Shown here piece by piece: positions 14,291 to 28,130 of a stretch of DNA of 64,000 bases. The notes under the pieces were generated by a model. That model had not been told where the DNA came from and did no database searches. It saw only the letters and a program-made list of their open reading frames with translations. The DNA is from the human T2T-CHM13v2.0 reference genome, Homo sapiens. Where the stretch lies: NCBI RefSeq assembly GCF_009914755.1, contig NC_060929.1; one strand, written 5' to 3'. The stretch's first letter is position 1, and each line of letters starts with the position of its first letter. The position numbers were made by a program, and so were the translations under genes.

Positions 14291-17200
14291 CTGGTCCCAA
14301 AGCAAAGGATTGCAAGACCAAGCCCTCCATGTTGTAAAGCCCCCACTCCATCCTCAGGTTCACGTGGCTTGGCCCAGCTATACATGACCTTGGACAGTCT
14401 TCCTATCACACTGGTGAGCAGCCAGTATCCATGCACATAGTAAATATTAGTAAAGTACAATATCTCTCCCATTGTTTGAAGCCATAGAAGTTCTAATATT
14501 TTCTCCTATAATTCAAAGGCTCATCTTGCACAGAGCCATTCAGGCCTCTTTTTGGAGATGCCCATTTCTAAGATGAGGAGTTGCTGAGCCAGGCGTTGGG
14601 AGATAAGACAGAACAAGGTATCAAGAGTGAGGGTCCATCAGGTGTTGAGGGTGGGGGAAGAAGGAAGATGAGAGGGTTGAGATTGTCCTAGACGTTCCAG
14701 CTGGGATTGCAGGTGAGAAGGGTATTCAGTTCTGACAGGCAGTATTTCCTGGGAAGCACAGGTGCAAAAAGTAATCTTTTCCCACTACAGTGTCCCAGGC
14801 AAGGGGAAGACCCACAGGTTTTCTCTGTCCTCTGCTTTAGTTGAACTCTGTTTCACTGTACTCCCCACCATTATTGAATGGACTTGGGTAAGCGGCTGAT
14901 TTGAAATTCAAAGACCTGGATTCCAGTCCATGCCGACTCCACCCCTTAATAGCTGGCTGACTAGCACAGCTTCCTCATCTGTAAAATAACAATTTTTTAA
15001 AAAGCCCTGCCTGCTTCACAGGATTATTATATGGCTCAAAGATAAAGCATATGCACAGCCAAAGGCTCTGAAAACTGCAAAGCACTATACAAATGTACGG
15101 TGTTATTATGACTTAGTATCCTGCATGCATTATGATTGAGGTACAAGGCAAGACATATCTATGTCCTCTTGCCTTTGTTTTTCCGGGACACTTAGGAGAG
15201 AGTATGACCATGTGGAGTAAGAGGTGGACACTGAGATCAGTATCCTGTGGGCAGTACATCTGAACATCCTGAACGTCCTAACACTGACCTTAGGCCTCCT
15301 GAGACCAGAGGTCACACTTGGAAATGAGGTGTGGTGCAGAGGTTGCTGGGGTTTCTGGATCCACGGAGCAAGAATGCCTGGGAATACTGGAGAAGAACCT
15401 AGTTTTCCTGGAAATTCCCCTCCCAGGCATTTCTTCACTTGATCTGAAGAAAATCTAAGAAGAAGCCAACACTAGAATGAAGCATTGTTTGAAAGTGGGA
15501 GATAAGACGCCTTATCATACCTACTTTCACTTAAGATCTGGCTTTCCCTGGCCACCAGGGGTAATCAGTCTCTTAACATATTTACTGGATGTCTACATAG
15601 AAGTACAATTCAAGCCCCTTGCAATGAAAATACTAACAATATGATTGGGAAGATTAAACACAGGATAGACAGATTGACAGATAATGGTGATGAAGATAGA
15701 TAATAGATAGATATCTGGATGGAGGTTTGGATAGATAAGCACAAACTTGACAAGACACTACACCATCAGGAGAAAAAGAACAATTTGTTGAGCGTCTACA
15801 ATGTGCCAGGTCAAGGTGCCAGGTGCTTTCAGATGTGTTACCACATCTGTCATTGCTGACTCCTTACAGCAATCCTGTAAGGAAGCATCAGCCCCATTGG
15901 TCAGATAAGAAATGGAGACCCAAAGAGGTTAAGCAACTTGTCCAGGACCATGCAGCTAGCCAGCCCATGTTCCTTCATCTAAGTCTCACTGTTCCTGGGT
16001 CAGAGGAAACCCTCCCACCCCCACCTCCCAGCTCTGAATTGTCTTTATTACTCTGGAGCCTTTGTTCTGTGTGAGAATATCTTAGGCTTTTTGAGAAAAG
16101 CCCCAGATCACTGTCTATTCATTGAGAACCTGAAACCGGCTCCTCAGCCATTCCTGCTCTAGCCACCAGCAAGGTTCCCAAGTGAAAGTGAGTCCTCTCA
16201 GGAGAAATGAAAGCGCTGTCTCTTTAGGTGCCCACTCCTTACCCACCAGCGGAGCAATGTTTTCCAGGCTGGCCAGGCTCCAGAAGCTCACTAAGGAAGT
16301 TGGCTTGGGGCCAAAGGCATCTATGGTTCATTGTACACTGTGGCCCTCCCCTTCCTGCCCCTCCATTTGCTCCCCTTCCTTTCTCTCTCTCCCTTCCCGG
16401 CTCCTAGACTGGGTCTAGGCAGGAGCTTCGCCATGATGTCAGGAGGGAAGGAGATGCCTCTGGGCCTCGTACCACAGCCTCAGCTCTCTCTCTGCCCCTC
16501 CATCTGAGTCCCTCCTGGCTCCCAGCTCCCTCAGGGTGCAAGGCCAAGCCTCCAAGGAATCCCTCCCCTTACCTGCATGGCTGGAGCCAAGAGTGAGTTT
16601 GGGGCCACTGGCTATGATGAGGGGATGACCCAGAGCTCAGTGAGCACTGTCGAAGCACTTCTGTTAGGAGGTTTGGTTGGCCAGGGAGGAAGAAGGCCTC
16701 CCTCTCTGGGATGCTCCTGAAAGGACTCTGTGGGAAGTTAAAGAATCCTCTGTGTGAGAGCAGGATGGGGGAAGGTGGAGGGTTGGAGAAATCCAGCCCA
16801 GTGTCTCTGTGTCTCCCCGCCTCCTCCTCCTGGGCCTCTATCCTCTGTGCTCTTGGCCTCTATGAGTCTTTTTGAAACTTCCCAGGCTGGAAAGCACTAG
16901 GTCCTGGGATATGAAAGTCTCTTTTAACATAGAATAGGCCTTCTGTTGATCCCAAAGATGCTCTTAAAATACACAACAAGAAATCGGAGTTTTACACACA
17001 GTCAGCTTCTCATTTTATAGATGGGAAGCTGAGGCCTAAGGAGGTGAAGTGGCCACTATAGCCATTCCATTGCACCAGGGTGGAGGGCTGTCCACCAAAT
17101 TCAGAGCCCGGCATAGTGGGTGGGGGTCACCCACTTTATCTGACTCTCATGGGTCCTTGATCTCAGGGGTCTTTTCTGGCAGAGGTCTGGGAGCATGACT

Positions 17201-17337
17201 GAGACATGATCTCAGAATCAAACCCCTGGAGGCAGTAGCTATAGCAGGAGCTGACGATCTCCAGAAACTCAGGACCAGACGATCTCCAGACACTCAGGAC
17301 AAGTCAGTGTCCCCACCAAGGATGGGGCTTTGAGAGG

Positions 17338-17384
17338 CTCCGCCCACCTCTGTTTCTGCACAGCAGGTTTAGCAGCTCCATTCT
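17338..17384 (+). promoter_or_regulatory. Putative TATA-less core promoter of GABRP (GC box plus Inr)
   Basis: CCGCCC at 17340-17345 and Inr-like CCATTCT at 17378-17384, just upstream of exon 1; no TATA or CpG island seen. TSS is inferred. Confidence 0.45.
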
Positions 17385-17547
17385 TCCCCAGAGAGCCACT
17401 CCATCTGAGGGTGGCTGCGTGTCCACATACGAGGGGACAGGGCTGAGGATGAGGAGAACCCTGGGGACCCAGAAGACCGTGCCTTGCCTGGAAGTCCTGC
17501 CTGTAGGCCTGAAGGACTTGCCCTAACAGAGCCTCAACAACTACCTG
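17380..17547 (+). other. GABRP: GABRP exon 1 (5'UTR); start approximate
   Basis: Donor CTG|GTAAGG at 17547/17548; joins exon 2 as ...CTACCTG-GTGATTCC, matching the recalled GABRP mRNA leader. Confidence 0.8.
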
Positions 17548-20500
17548 GTAAGGAAACTGCTGGCCCCTCCAGGTGTCTGGAGAGAGGGGAGGGAGGGAGA
17601 TCCAAATACAAGCCCTGCTGGGACCGAGGGAGGGGGCAGGCCTGGACTCTGCTGAACACCTAATGAGCATCAGGGAGCGCCACTGCAGGACGAGCAGCAG
17701 AGCCAAGATTAGAGCCCCTGCTGTCCTCACTACAGCCACAGTCATTCACCCCTGTGCAGCAGCTGGCCAAGACCAGCAGACACAGGGCACGCGCCGCACC
17801 ACTTTATCTTCTGGGATTTTCTTAAGCGGGACCCATGGCAATAATGCCTTTCCTCACCTTAACCTAATTCGGGCTCTACTCCTGCTTTCCAACAAATGAT
17901 TCTGTCTATGCTGAAGTGATAAGGATAGGAAAACTGTGCCTGCATAGGAAGGAAGCTGGAGGTGACAAGTTGGGGTTGGGGGTCACTGTATTTACATGGT
18001 AGAAATTCTGGGAATAGAGTAGAAACGGTAGTAGAAACTTGCACATATTGGAATTATTTCTGCTTCCAGCCTGGGAAGTTTTCAAAAGAGACATAGAGGC
18101 CAAGAGCACGGAGTATAGAAGCCCAGTAGGCCAAGCCAGGAAGAGGCGGGGGAGACTGGGAGACATTAGGCTGGATTTCTGGTTTAGAAAAAGGTGCCAT
18201 CAGCTCCCTATGTGACCTTAATGCCCTGTGCCTGACCCTGTACTTCCTGAGGTGGTGCCAGTTAGCTCACACTCTGAGTGGCACCTGGGGTGTATATAGA
18301 AATAGAAAGAGCTTGAGATTTGGGTTCTATTAGTCATAGTGGAATCACTGAATTCCCATGGAAGACACGGAAGGCAGAGGAGAATGAAAACTAATGTTTA
18401 TTGAATGCTTTCTATTCCCATTTGTCAGATGGGAAAACTGAGACTCTGAGAGGTTAAATGACTCGGGTGTATCAGGATCCAGAGCTCAAGGTCTCCTCTA
18501 CAAGTGGAGGTAGGAGCTTGGCCAGAGATGCCCTCGGGGCAGGATAATGCATAGGCTGCCCCTACTCAGGAGCCTCCTAGGGCCTCCTGAGCACCATGTC
18601 CCTGCAGATGCAGAAGGCTAGGTGGTTCCAGTCAACATCTGTGTTGCAGCTTTGGGGACAACCCTTAGGACACTGCTCTCTGGTGGCTCAGTACCTCTCC
18701 ACTAAATTCCATCCCCCAGCACCTGTACCAGAACTGGTGGCCTGAGCCTCCATTGAGGCTGGCCGACACATAAATAGCCACTTAACGATTGGCTCGTCTA
18801 CCACAGGGAGTGATGGCATCAGCTGCACTTGTCACTTGGGATGTGCTGCGGATGCAACACTCCATCCCCCAGATGGGTTTGGTATAAAAAGGACAAGATT
18901 CAAGTGGAATCCAGTTCAGCTTGGGGGTGCTGAAGGCCCTCCTCCTAAATGCAGGGCAAAGAAAAGGGACTTGGAAAACAGATTTAAATCATGCCACTTA
19001 ACTGTGTGACCTCAGCCAAATCCCCTTGCAAATCTAAGATTTGACTCTAAAAATTAACACCTTCTGGGCCAGCAGCCATGAGAATTAAATGAAATTAAGC
19101 ACCAGACATGGCTTCTAACAATTCATGGGCATTTAGAAGCCTTTTTCTTCTCTTTTCTTCCCTTATAAAATGAGACGTGTTTAGCAACTTAACCAAGCAA
19201 ACACGGTAGGATGGGATTACATTTCTGGCTCTAGCCTGGGTGAAGCTTCTCAGATCATGAGACTCCTTAGAGGAGGCTGAGAGGCCCAGGGCCAAATGTT
19301 ACATCTTCCTAACAGAAGTTTGGCCACTGGGAAAGCACTATTCAAGAGGAGTCTTGGAACTGAAGACTGGATGGTTCCCCAAATCACTTGATCGAGGGCC
19401 ATTTCCTATAGGAGGAGGAGGAAATGAGGAATATGCCAAAGTGGAACCATGTTCCTTCAGGCCAGACCAGGAGAAAGACACAGACAGCCAAGGGCTGGTG
19501 GGAAGAGGCTGATAAGCATGTGGGAGAGAGGCCGTGGGCAAGCCTGCACATCTCTGTCCAACATTTGGAGGGCCCCCACTCTCCTTTGTCCACCTGGCAA
19601 ATGCAACTCACTCTTCAAGAATCAAATGACCTTTTCTGTGACTTCCCTTTTGACATTGCCCCATCCTCCCTGCTCTTTTGCATACCAAATATCCCCTGTC
19701 CTCTGCTCCTATTAGAGGATGCTGTAGGGAATGTTCATTCACCAGTCACACATGTCTCTTCCTCACTAGATGGGTGGGTGCTCTGGTGGTGCTTTTCACA
19801 TGCCTGGTTCACAGGAGAAGCTCAATAAACCTGTGGAAAATTGAATGAGGCAATGGAGGGCATGGGAGCTGCTCCATGGACCCCCTTAAACTCAATGCTT
19901 GGACAGGGAAAGGACAGGGATTGGGGAGATGGACTAAAGGAAGAGAATGTGAATATGATCGTTGGTAGATTTATAATGTTGATTTTATAACTGGTATTTT
20001 CAATGAGTGAGAACAAAAAAGCTAACATAACAGAGAGCAGAATGATAAGAATTTACCTGTGTGCAAAACTGTTCTTCACTGATTTTGTAACGTAAAAACT
20101 TTGGAAATAACAGCATTCACAGTAGAAGATGTGTTCTAGAAATGTTGGTACATTCAGACCATGAGACACCTTGCAGCCATTAGAGAGAATAAGGCGGATT
20201 ATAGGAACTGACATGGAAGGTGTCACTGATACTGCAAAACAGCATGTTTCATGGTGCACTCATTAAGAGGAGTTGGGTCAGCTTGCTTAGATGTACTTTT
20301 CTGCCCCTCATGTACTACTTAGCCTTGGAAATATTCCTTATCCTCTCTAATCCTCAGTATTCTCACCTGTAAAATGGGGAGAATGGTAGTCCCTACTTCA
20401 AAGAGTTGTGAGGATTCTAGATATGCGTGGCACAGTTGTAAGCATGCATTAAGTGTTCAATAAATGTTTGCTATAATTAAGTTAAAAAAGTAAGCCGCAA

Positions 20501-21740
20501 AAAGCATGCTATTGCCCCAATTTTGCTTTTTAATTTTTTTGATATAGAGATATATATGTATGTAAATATATATGTGTATCTGTGGATAAAACAACTGTTA
20601 TCGGTAGTTATTTCTGAAGTATGAGACAAAAGAGAAGAAATGGGGGGGGACTTTTTTGTTTTTGTTATGTTTTTTTAAATAGACTTCTTTTTTAGAGCAA
20701 TTTTGGGTCATAGCAAAATTGAGCCTTCCCTACACATAAAACCTTCTTTACTGTCAACATCCCGCATCAGAGGGACACATTTGTTTTCATTGATGAATCC
20801 ATATTGACACATCATTGGGACTTATACTTTTAACTTCTGACTTGTTGCCATTTCAACAGTGAGCGAGTATTGGTTTTGAAAGTAAAATAACATTAATGAG
20901 TGGCTGAATCATGCCCTAAGCTCCAGAATGGCCAGATTCTAGAAAGTGGCTTGTTTCACAGAAGTTGCCACAGAGAAGGTAATCAACCCAGGGCTGCCTG
21001 AGAATGGGGCCTGAGCCTGAGCACCCCCATTCTGCTGTCACCAGCATGACAGGTCACAGGCTGGCCTGCCTGGCTACCCCCTGCTCCCTCAGAGGGACGC
21101 CTGACAGCAGCTCCTGAAGCTGAGGAGGCCGGGCCCCTGGGCCATGCCCCACGGATGGTCCTCACATACACACCAGCTGGAAGGCTTCAGGAAACACAGG
21201 GACAAGGTCTAGGAGGTCACGACAGCAGCAAGGATCCTCGGGTCAACTAAGGCCCAGGCCCCAGCCTGCTCTGAAGGAAGAGAGTACCGGGGGGGAGGCA
21301 GCCAGCCCTGGATTCAAAGTCTCCCCTGGCACTCACTAGCATGGTGTCCTTCCCATGCACCTGTTTCCTTGTCGTAATAATATAGGGATTAACCCGCCCA
21401 CCACACAAGGCCACTGTGAGGATGGAGTGAGCTCTGTGGGACAGCACCTAACTCATGACCTCCTGACACTGGAGGCTCTCAGGTTTTTGTTTCCTGTCTA
21501 CATGACTGACCCCACAAGCCTAGACCTGGGGATAAATAAAAGAATGTCTGGCTTGGTCAAGGTGAGTGTAGAGTTGAGAGTGTCCTTCCTGGTAAAGCTG
21601 GGACAAGGACAGGGCAAGGATAGCCTTGGCTCCCAGCAGATATGGCCCAGAGGATAAACTGGCTGCATTTCTGGTGCTGATGAACCACTCTCCAAACAAG
21701 GTCCCAGTCTTAATTTGGGATAGATTTAAAACATAATCCT

Positions 21741-22047
21741 GGTCCAGGCATAGTGGCCCATGCCTGTAATCCCAGCACTTTGGGAGGCCAAGGCAGATGG
21801 ATCGCTTGAGCTGGTTCGAGACCAGCCTGGGCAACATGATGAAACCCCATCTCTACCAAAAATACAAAAAAATTACCCAGGTGTGGTGGTACATGCCTGT
21901 AGTCCCAGCTACTCAGGAGGCTAAGGTTGGGAGCATCGCTGGAGCCTGGGAAGTTGAGCTGCAGTGAACCGAGATCATGTCCCTGCACTTCAGCCTGGAT
22001 GACAGAGTGAGGCCCTGTTTAAAAAAAATAAAAAATTAAAAAAAAAA
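21741..22047 (+). mobile_element. AluJ
   Basis: Diverged Alu; TSD AAAACATAATCCT (21728-21740, 22048-22060). Confidence 0.9.
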
Positions 22048-22288
22048 AAAACATAATCCTCCAAAATGAAGTCATTCCTGGAGGGAACACAGGGAGAAGG
22101 AGCTGTAACCGAAAGGTATGGAAAGAGGCTGCTTCCTATGCATGCTGAGAAAATGCTGTACCGACCACCCACCAGAGAGAGAGGCTGGCCAGGAGCAGGT
22201 GAGCCTGTTGCACGGCCTTCCACTTACCTTGCCCCCTGTTTCCCAGGTGATTCCTACTTCAGCCCCTTGGTGTGAGCAGCTTCTCAAC

Positions 22289-22341
22289 ATGAACTACAGC
22301 CTCCACTTGGCCTTCGTGTGTCTGAGTCTCTTCACTGAGAG
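22289..22341 (+). CDS. GABRP: GABRP exon 2 coding part, signal peptide (exon starts 22247)
   Basis: Acceptor TTTCCCAG|G at 22246/22247; AACATGA start; MNYSLHLAFVCLSLFTE; donor GAG|GTGAGC. Confidence 0.96.
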
Positions 22342-22801
22342 GTGAGCTTTGCTACCCCCAGAATGGCCTCCATCTGCGTTGCTTTGCATTCGGGCATGTG
22401 GTGGGAGGGGGCAGCTCCTCCTATTCACCCACAGCAAGGCAAAACCCGGTCCACTCACTTCCCTGGAGCACCGAACAATGAAACTTCCTGCCATTTACTC
22501 TATTTACAGAACACAAGCTTCCAATATGGTCATAGATGAATGAACCCTTATGTTTTTAAAGAAGAGACTTGGAGGGTTTCCAAATTACCATGATATTTTG
22601 ATCTATGGCAAATGGGTAAAAAATGGAGATACTAACTCAATAGCTGAAAACTAAGAGATTTTTCTGTAGGAATGTCACTGCTGGTACATGGGCAAGGCAC
22701 ATACACCCACACACACGTGGGCAAACACAAGCTCAAGGGTGTGTACACGTGTTGATTCACACATAAACAAGCAAACACAACAAAGCCCATTTCTTTTCCA
22801 G

Positions 22802-22920
22802 GATGTGCATCCAGGGGAGTCAGTTCAACGTCGAGGTCGGCAGAAGTGACAAGCTTTCCCTGCCTGGCTTTGAGAACCTCACAGCAGGATATAACAAATT
22901 TCTCAGGCCCAATTTTGGTG
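22802..22920 (+). CDS. GABRP: GABRP exon 3
   Basis: TTTTCCAG|G...GTG|GTAGGT; MCIQGSQF...[16 protein letters not shown] with the Cys-loop Y...LRP motif. Confidence 0.96.
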
Positions 22921-23039
22921 GTAGGTCATCCTCTGTGTCCAGGACATCATTCAAAGGGACGAAAACAGAGACAATAAGCAGTGGAGGGTTTCGGGAGGTT
23001 TTAGTTGACTCCATTTTCTGATCTGCAGCCTGTTAAGGA

Positions 23040-23840
23040 TTGGCAATGATGGATGAGGATGGCTACCAATGATTTTTCACACTGCCTGGAAAAAGGCACC
23101 CAGCCTCTCCACCTGCAAGATAAAGGAATGCTCCTTCTCACTGTGGAGGCTGCAAGAGCCTCCTAACACTCACACACTGTCGTCCTCCTGCCCCCACTTC
23201 CAGGGTCATTATTCAATGAATTCACCATGCGCCACCAGGCTACCCCATCTGGTCTTCCCCCTCCAGCCTGAGCCCTTTCAGCTGACTCCCCAAACTGCCA
23301 TCTGGATGCCTCCTGGGTCATTGCCCTGTTGGAACACCTGTATGTGTCCCAGCATGCTCGCGTAGAGTCCAGGCACACTAGGCCCTTCCCAGCCCAGCCT
23401 TTATCTGTCTGCCATTCTCATCCACCCAAGTCCCCGCTCCTTCCCCTCCTACAATGCTCCCCAGTGTACTCAGAATGCTCCCTGACATCCCTGGCCTCTC
23501 CTGCCTCTATGCCTTTACAGAGGCTTTCTTCCTGGAATTGCTTCTTTAAACTTGACTCCCTAGAAAATATCAATTTTCCATCATGTCTCAGAGCAAACGC
23601 TGCCTTCTCTGAGAAGCCTCCCCTGATTCCTCCAGGCCCCATCCCCTTTCTTCACACTTCCTTGTGAACATGCCTCAAAATCATAGCCGTTCCCATTATG
23701 CTATAACTGATTTCATGTCTGTCCCGGCTCCAGGCTGCAGCCCTAGAAGGAGTCTGACTTCATTTCCCTCACTATCCCCCATAGAAGCTCAGTGCGTGAC
23801 ATATAACAAATTGCTGATTAATATCTGTTGAAAGAATAAA
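23040..23840 (+). mobile_element. L2 fragments
   Basis: GCCTTCTCTGAGAAGCCTCCCCTGA and 3' end AATATCTGTTGAAAGAATAAA; boundaries approximate. Confidence 0.6.
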
Positions 23841-24149
23841 GCAAGGAGGGAGGGAGTGAGGCCAACTGCACAGCTCTTCATAGCAGAAAACAACAGAAAG
23901 AGCCTTGGCATTTAACAAACCTGAGTTTGGCTCCTAGCTCTCCTGCTTGGCAAGTGGTTTAGCCTTCTGTGCCTCACTGTCCCTTTCTGTAAAATGGGGA
24001 CATCCATCTATCTCACAGGGAAGACTGAATGAAGTGTGTAAGCCTGAGGCACAGTGCCTGCCCCATCAACAGAGTGTGGGTTATTTTCATCCCTTCTCCT
24101 CCTTGCTCCTCCCCTCAGATAATAAAACCCTCTGGTCTGATCTAAGATT

Positions 24150-24570
24150 CATGTGGTAGTCCAGATCCTCCGGGCAGCAGATGCCAAGAGCTGATGACTT
24201 CTTCAAGCTATTTAGGGGGACTATGTCTAGAAGGGAGAATGAGGCAGCGGGAGAGGCAAGCTAGGAGAGCTGTCAGACCTGCAGGTCTGGCCTCAGGGAA
24301 GGAGAGAGGGAAGGAAGGGAGGTTGGGTGGAAGCATCTTAGATGGAAGGGCAGTCCTCAGTGTTTGGAATGACCACCAGGGAGTCCTTGAGCTACAGGTG
24401 CATTCAGAGGAGTCTCCCATCTCTGTGCCTCCCAGGAACAGGCCACTTTGATATCCCCACTGTGTTCAGTCTGTGGTTGGCTGTGGCCCATGAGAAGTGT
24501 GGCCTCGGAGCAAGTGTGGTGGTAGATTCCAAAGCACAGCAGCCGAGGCCCTCAGTCAATCACACCTGCT
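24150..24570. mobile_element. LTR16-like ERVL solo LTR
   Basis: GCAGGTCTG...GAAGGAGAGAGGGAAGGAAGG...GGGAGTCCTTGAGC...AGAGGAGTCTCCCATC pattern typical of LTR16. Confidence 0.6.
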
Positions 24571-25461
24571 CAGTTGGAGATGGGAGAGATGCATTTTCAT
24601 TCAGATTTGAGACACAATTAAGATGTGAGATCCTGACATTAAAGAACCTAAAGAGGCTCCAATATCCCCTGGTTTTCCCAGGCCCTACTGAACACGTATG
24701 ACAAGCACGTGAGTCTGCACGCCTTGGTTAGTGCCACTCAACAATTTCTCTTGCCTCCCAAACCCCAAACAATTAAGTCAGAATACACTCCTTCTTGTTT
24801 GCCTACTCACTGGCCAACAAGGTGCAGGGTCCTTGGGCAAGGAGCTCATTCTGAGAACAGGGAGCCTGGGGTAGGCCTAAAGGGATGTGATGCCTCATCC
24901 CACCTGGGGTGAAAATGGGGCATGGAGTCTTCAGTTTAAAAAAGGGAAAAGCACAACCCCATACCCCTTGTTTTGTGCCTCTTGGCACTTCACTCCTGAA
25001 AATCCCTATACTTGCATGGCAGGCTGGAGGCCCACGGAGGGCCATTGCTCTCTGTAATGTCTGTGCACCCAGTTTTCAGGACCCCAAGTCCAAAAGAGAC
25101 AAGACCTTCATAGGATTTCTTAGGGATTGAGCTGGACAAAGCAAAGGTTTGTAAGCAGGCACTAGTGAACACTACCCAGGAGCTGGCTTTGACCTCGTTC
25201 CTGGGAGAAAGCTGCCCTCTGGTGGCACAGCTTGCTTTTATAACTCAAGGGGAAGAAAGAGCAAGCTCTGGTCCAGTAGAAAAGCCAATTGAGGCAAAGC
25301 CTAGATTAGACGGTGTAGAATATAAACTGGACAGAAAGCACAGTGGAGCTCTCGTGTCTTTTCCATTCTCTGCATTCTTCAGGGAGGGCAACTAACACGG
25401 ATCTATGGCACTTAAAGTAGATGCCGTAACCGTGCCAACCCAACTCTCAATGGTTGGCACT

Positions 25462-25792
25462 TGTCTCAGTCTGTTTTGTGCTTCTATAACAAAATACCTG
25501 AGGCTGAGTATTTATAATGAGCAGAAGTTTATTGGCTCACAGTTTTAGAGGCTGAGGAGTCCAATATCAAGGTGCTGGAATTTGGCAAGGGCCTTCTTGC
25601 TGTGTCATCAGATGGTGGAAGGTGAGAGGGTGAGAGAGAGGACAGGAGAGGGCTGAACTTGCCCTTTTATCATGGCACCAGTTCCACCATGAGGCTTAAT
25701 CACCTCTTAAGGGTCCTACCTCTTAACACTCTTACAATGGCAATTAAATGTCAACAAGAGTTTTGGAGGGGACAAACATTCAAACCACAGTG
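25462..25792 (-). mobile_element. MaLR solo LTR (MLT1A/MST-like)
   Basis: TGTCTCAGTC...CTATAACAAAATACC...TTTATTGGCTCACAG...CAAACATTCAAACC; near-TSD GCACT/GCTCT. Confidence 0.8.
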
Positions 25793-25833
25793 GCTCTAGT
25801 AGCTCTGTTTTACAGGTGTGAAACTGTAGCATA

Positions 25834-26126
<293 letters not shown>

Positions 26127-27420
26127 GAAAGAAAGAAAGACAGAAAAAGAAGAGAAACTGCAGCACAGAGAAACTTGAAATTTGCTGAAGATCACAAAGC
26201 TGTTAGGTGGCCTGAGTGGAATTCAAACACCTGTCTCTGACTCCAGGCTTCTCGTCTCAGAGCTGCACCTTGCTGCCCAGAGGGGCAGAAAGCCACTTAG
26301 CACCAGGTCACTCCAGCACCTTCCAGGGTGTGCCCTCAAAGATCTCGCCCTTTCCCACCAGATATTAACATTCAATTATTGTTCAATTGCATTGGCTCTA
26401 ACACTTCATTTTCAAATTCCTACCTATATCCTATGGCTTAGTCTCCTTAGATTAATAAGTAGTTTGCCTTGCCGTATTCCTACCAATGAGATGTTTTTAA
26501 GCTTCTTTTGAAATCCGCCTGGCCTCTTCCTGGTTAATGCATTATCACAGTCCCCTGAGGTACCCCCGGGGGTTATTTATTGCAAGTGAATGCTATTGCA
26601 TCTATTAGCCTGGTGAATAAAGTTGTCCCTTTTCCAAAATTAGCTAGGATTACGGAAGAGAGGGGGAAGGGAAGGGAAATGCCATTATTGAGCGCCTATT
26701 ATTACGTGACTGATGGACATGACGCTGGGAGCTTTGTACAGATAACCAATGATGAACACCTTCAGGATGTCCGGCTAGGCAGGCACTTCTCTTACACTCC
26801 CCATTGCCGCCACTCCACAAAGACAATGTCACACGTCTAATCTCATTTAGCCCTTCCCATGACCCTGTGATGTCAGTATGATCTCCACTTGCAGGTAAGA
26901 GAACTGCAGCTCTGAAAGATTTAATAACTTTTCCCAAATAAAGAACTGGGAGGTGACAGAGCTGGGATCTAGGTCCATTATTCCACATCTCCATATAAAG
27001 AGAAGTAAACTTCCCTGACCTGGCCTGGCTTCTTGAAGGTGGCTCTGACACCTCAGTCTCTAGAGATAGAACTCTCTCTCTCTGAAGTTCAATCTGTCTG
27101 CTGAGACTCCAGGATTGAGGCCCAACAGTCTGCACACTGGACCAAGTGTGGAGGTTCTGAAATTCTAAATTGTTTAGGGTTCCAGGAGAGTAAAGGAAGA
27201 GAAGCAAAGTATCAGGAGGTCAGCAAAAGCTCAGCCATGAGTCTTGAATGCCTCTTGTGGTAAATTTACTTAGCCAAGTGGGGGATAAAACAACATCTGT
27301 GCGCAATCAGATTACCAAATCTGTTACCTTTCTAAACAATTAGTTCCTTACAAATGCCATAGGAAAAACCCTCCATGTAAGAAGTGGCAAATGTCTTAGC
27401 ACTATGTTCCTTATGCGTTA

Positions 27421-27629
<209 letters not shown>

Positions 27630-27903
27630 TAAAAAGCATTAATTATGCAGGTAGTCTCTCTTACATATTAAGATACCTATGTATGTGTGCATATTTTTCA
27701 TACAAAAGAGAGGCACACCATACACAATGGTTACTCTTGAGAGGGGATAAGAAAATTTTTCTTTTTATATTTATAGAATATTTAAATTTTTCTAACAACC
27801 AAGCACAACTTTTGTAATTTTAATCTTTTTTAGAATGCACTAATATAGTATTAAGACAGCTCATGGTTGTGTTTCCATTCTTTCTTGTTTTTTTTTATCT
27901 TAG

Positions 27904-27971
27904 GAGAACCCGTACAGATAGCGCTGACTCTGGACATTGCAAGTATCTCTAGCATTTCAGAGAGTAACATG
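27904..27971 (+). CDS. GABRP: GABRP exon 4
   Basis: Long pyrimidine tract TCTTAG|GA...ATG|GTAAGC; GEPVQIALTLDIASISSISESNM. Confidence 0.96.
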
Positions 27972-28130
27972 GTAAGCGCTGTTCCTTTGTACTCTACCCA
28001 AGTAGTCCCTCTCTGTGTGTTTAAAGGGGATATGCTTTCTAGCCGCTCAAAAAAAAAAAAAAAAAAAAAGAATGGCTCATGGCCCTCCTCCATTTGGAAT
28101 GGCAGAAGCTGGAGTGCTATCTCCAAACTC

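Noticed and set aside
17269-17899. 158-aa antisense and 108-aa sense ORFs over exon 1 and intron 1
   Set aside because: No recognisable domain; GC-rich promoter-proximal sequence commonly yields chance ORFs.
25432-25460. 9-bp inverted repeat GTGCCAACC/GGTTGGCAC
   Set aside because: Short enough to arise by chance in 64 kb.
27901-27906. NAGNAG tandem acceptors (TAGGAG here; CAGGAG at exon 9)
   Set aside because: The distal site is GAG, which is rarely used; no support from sequence alone.
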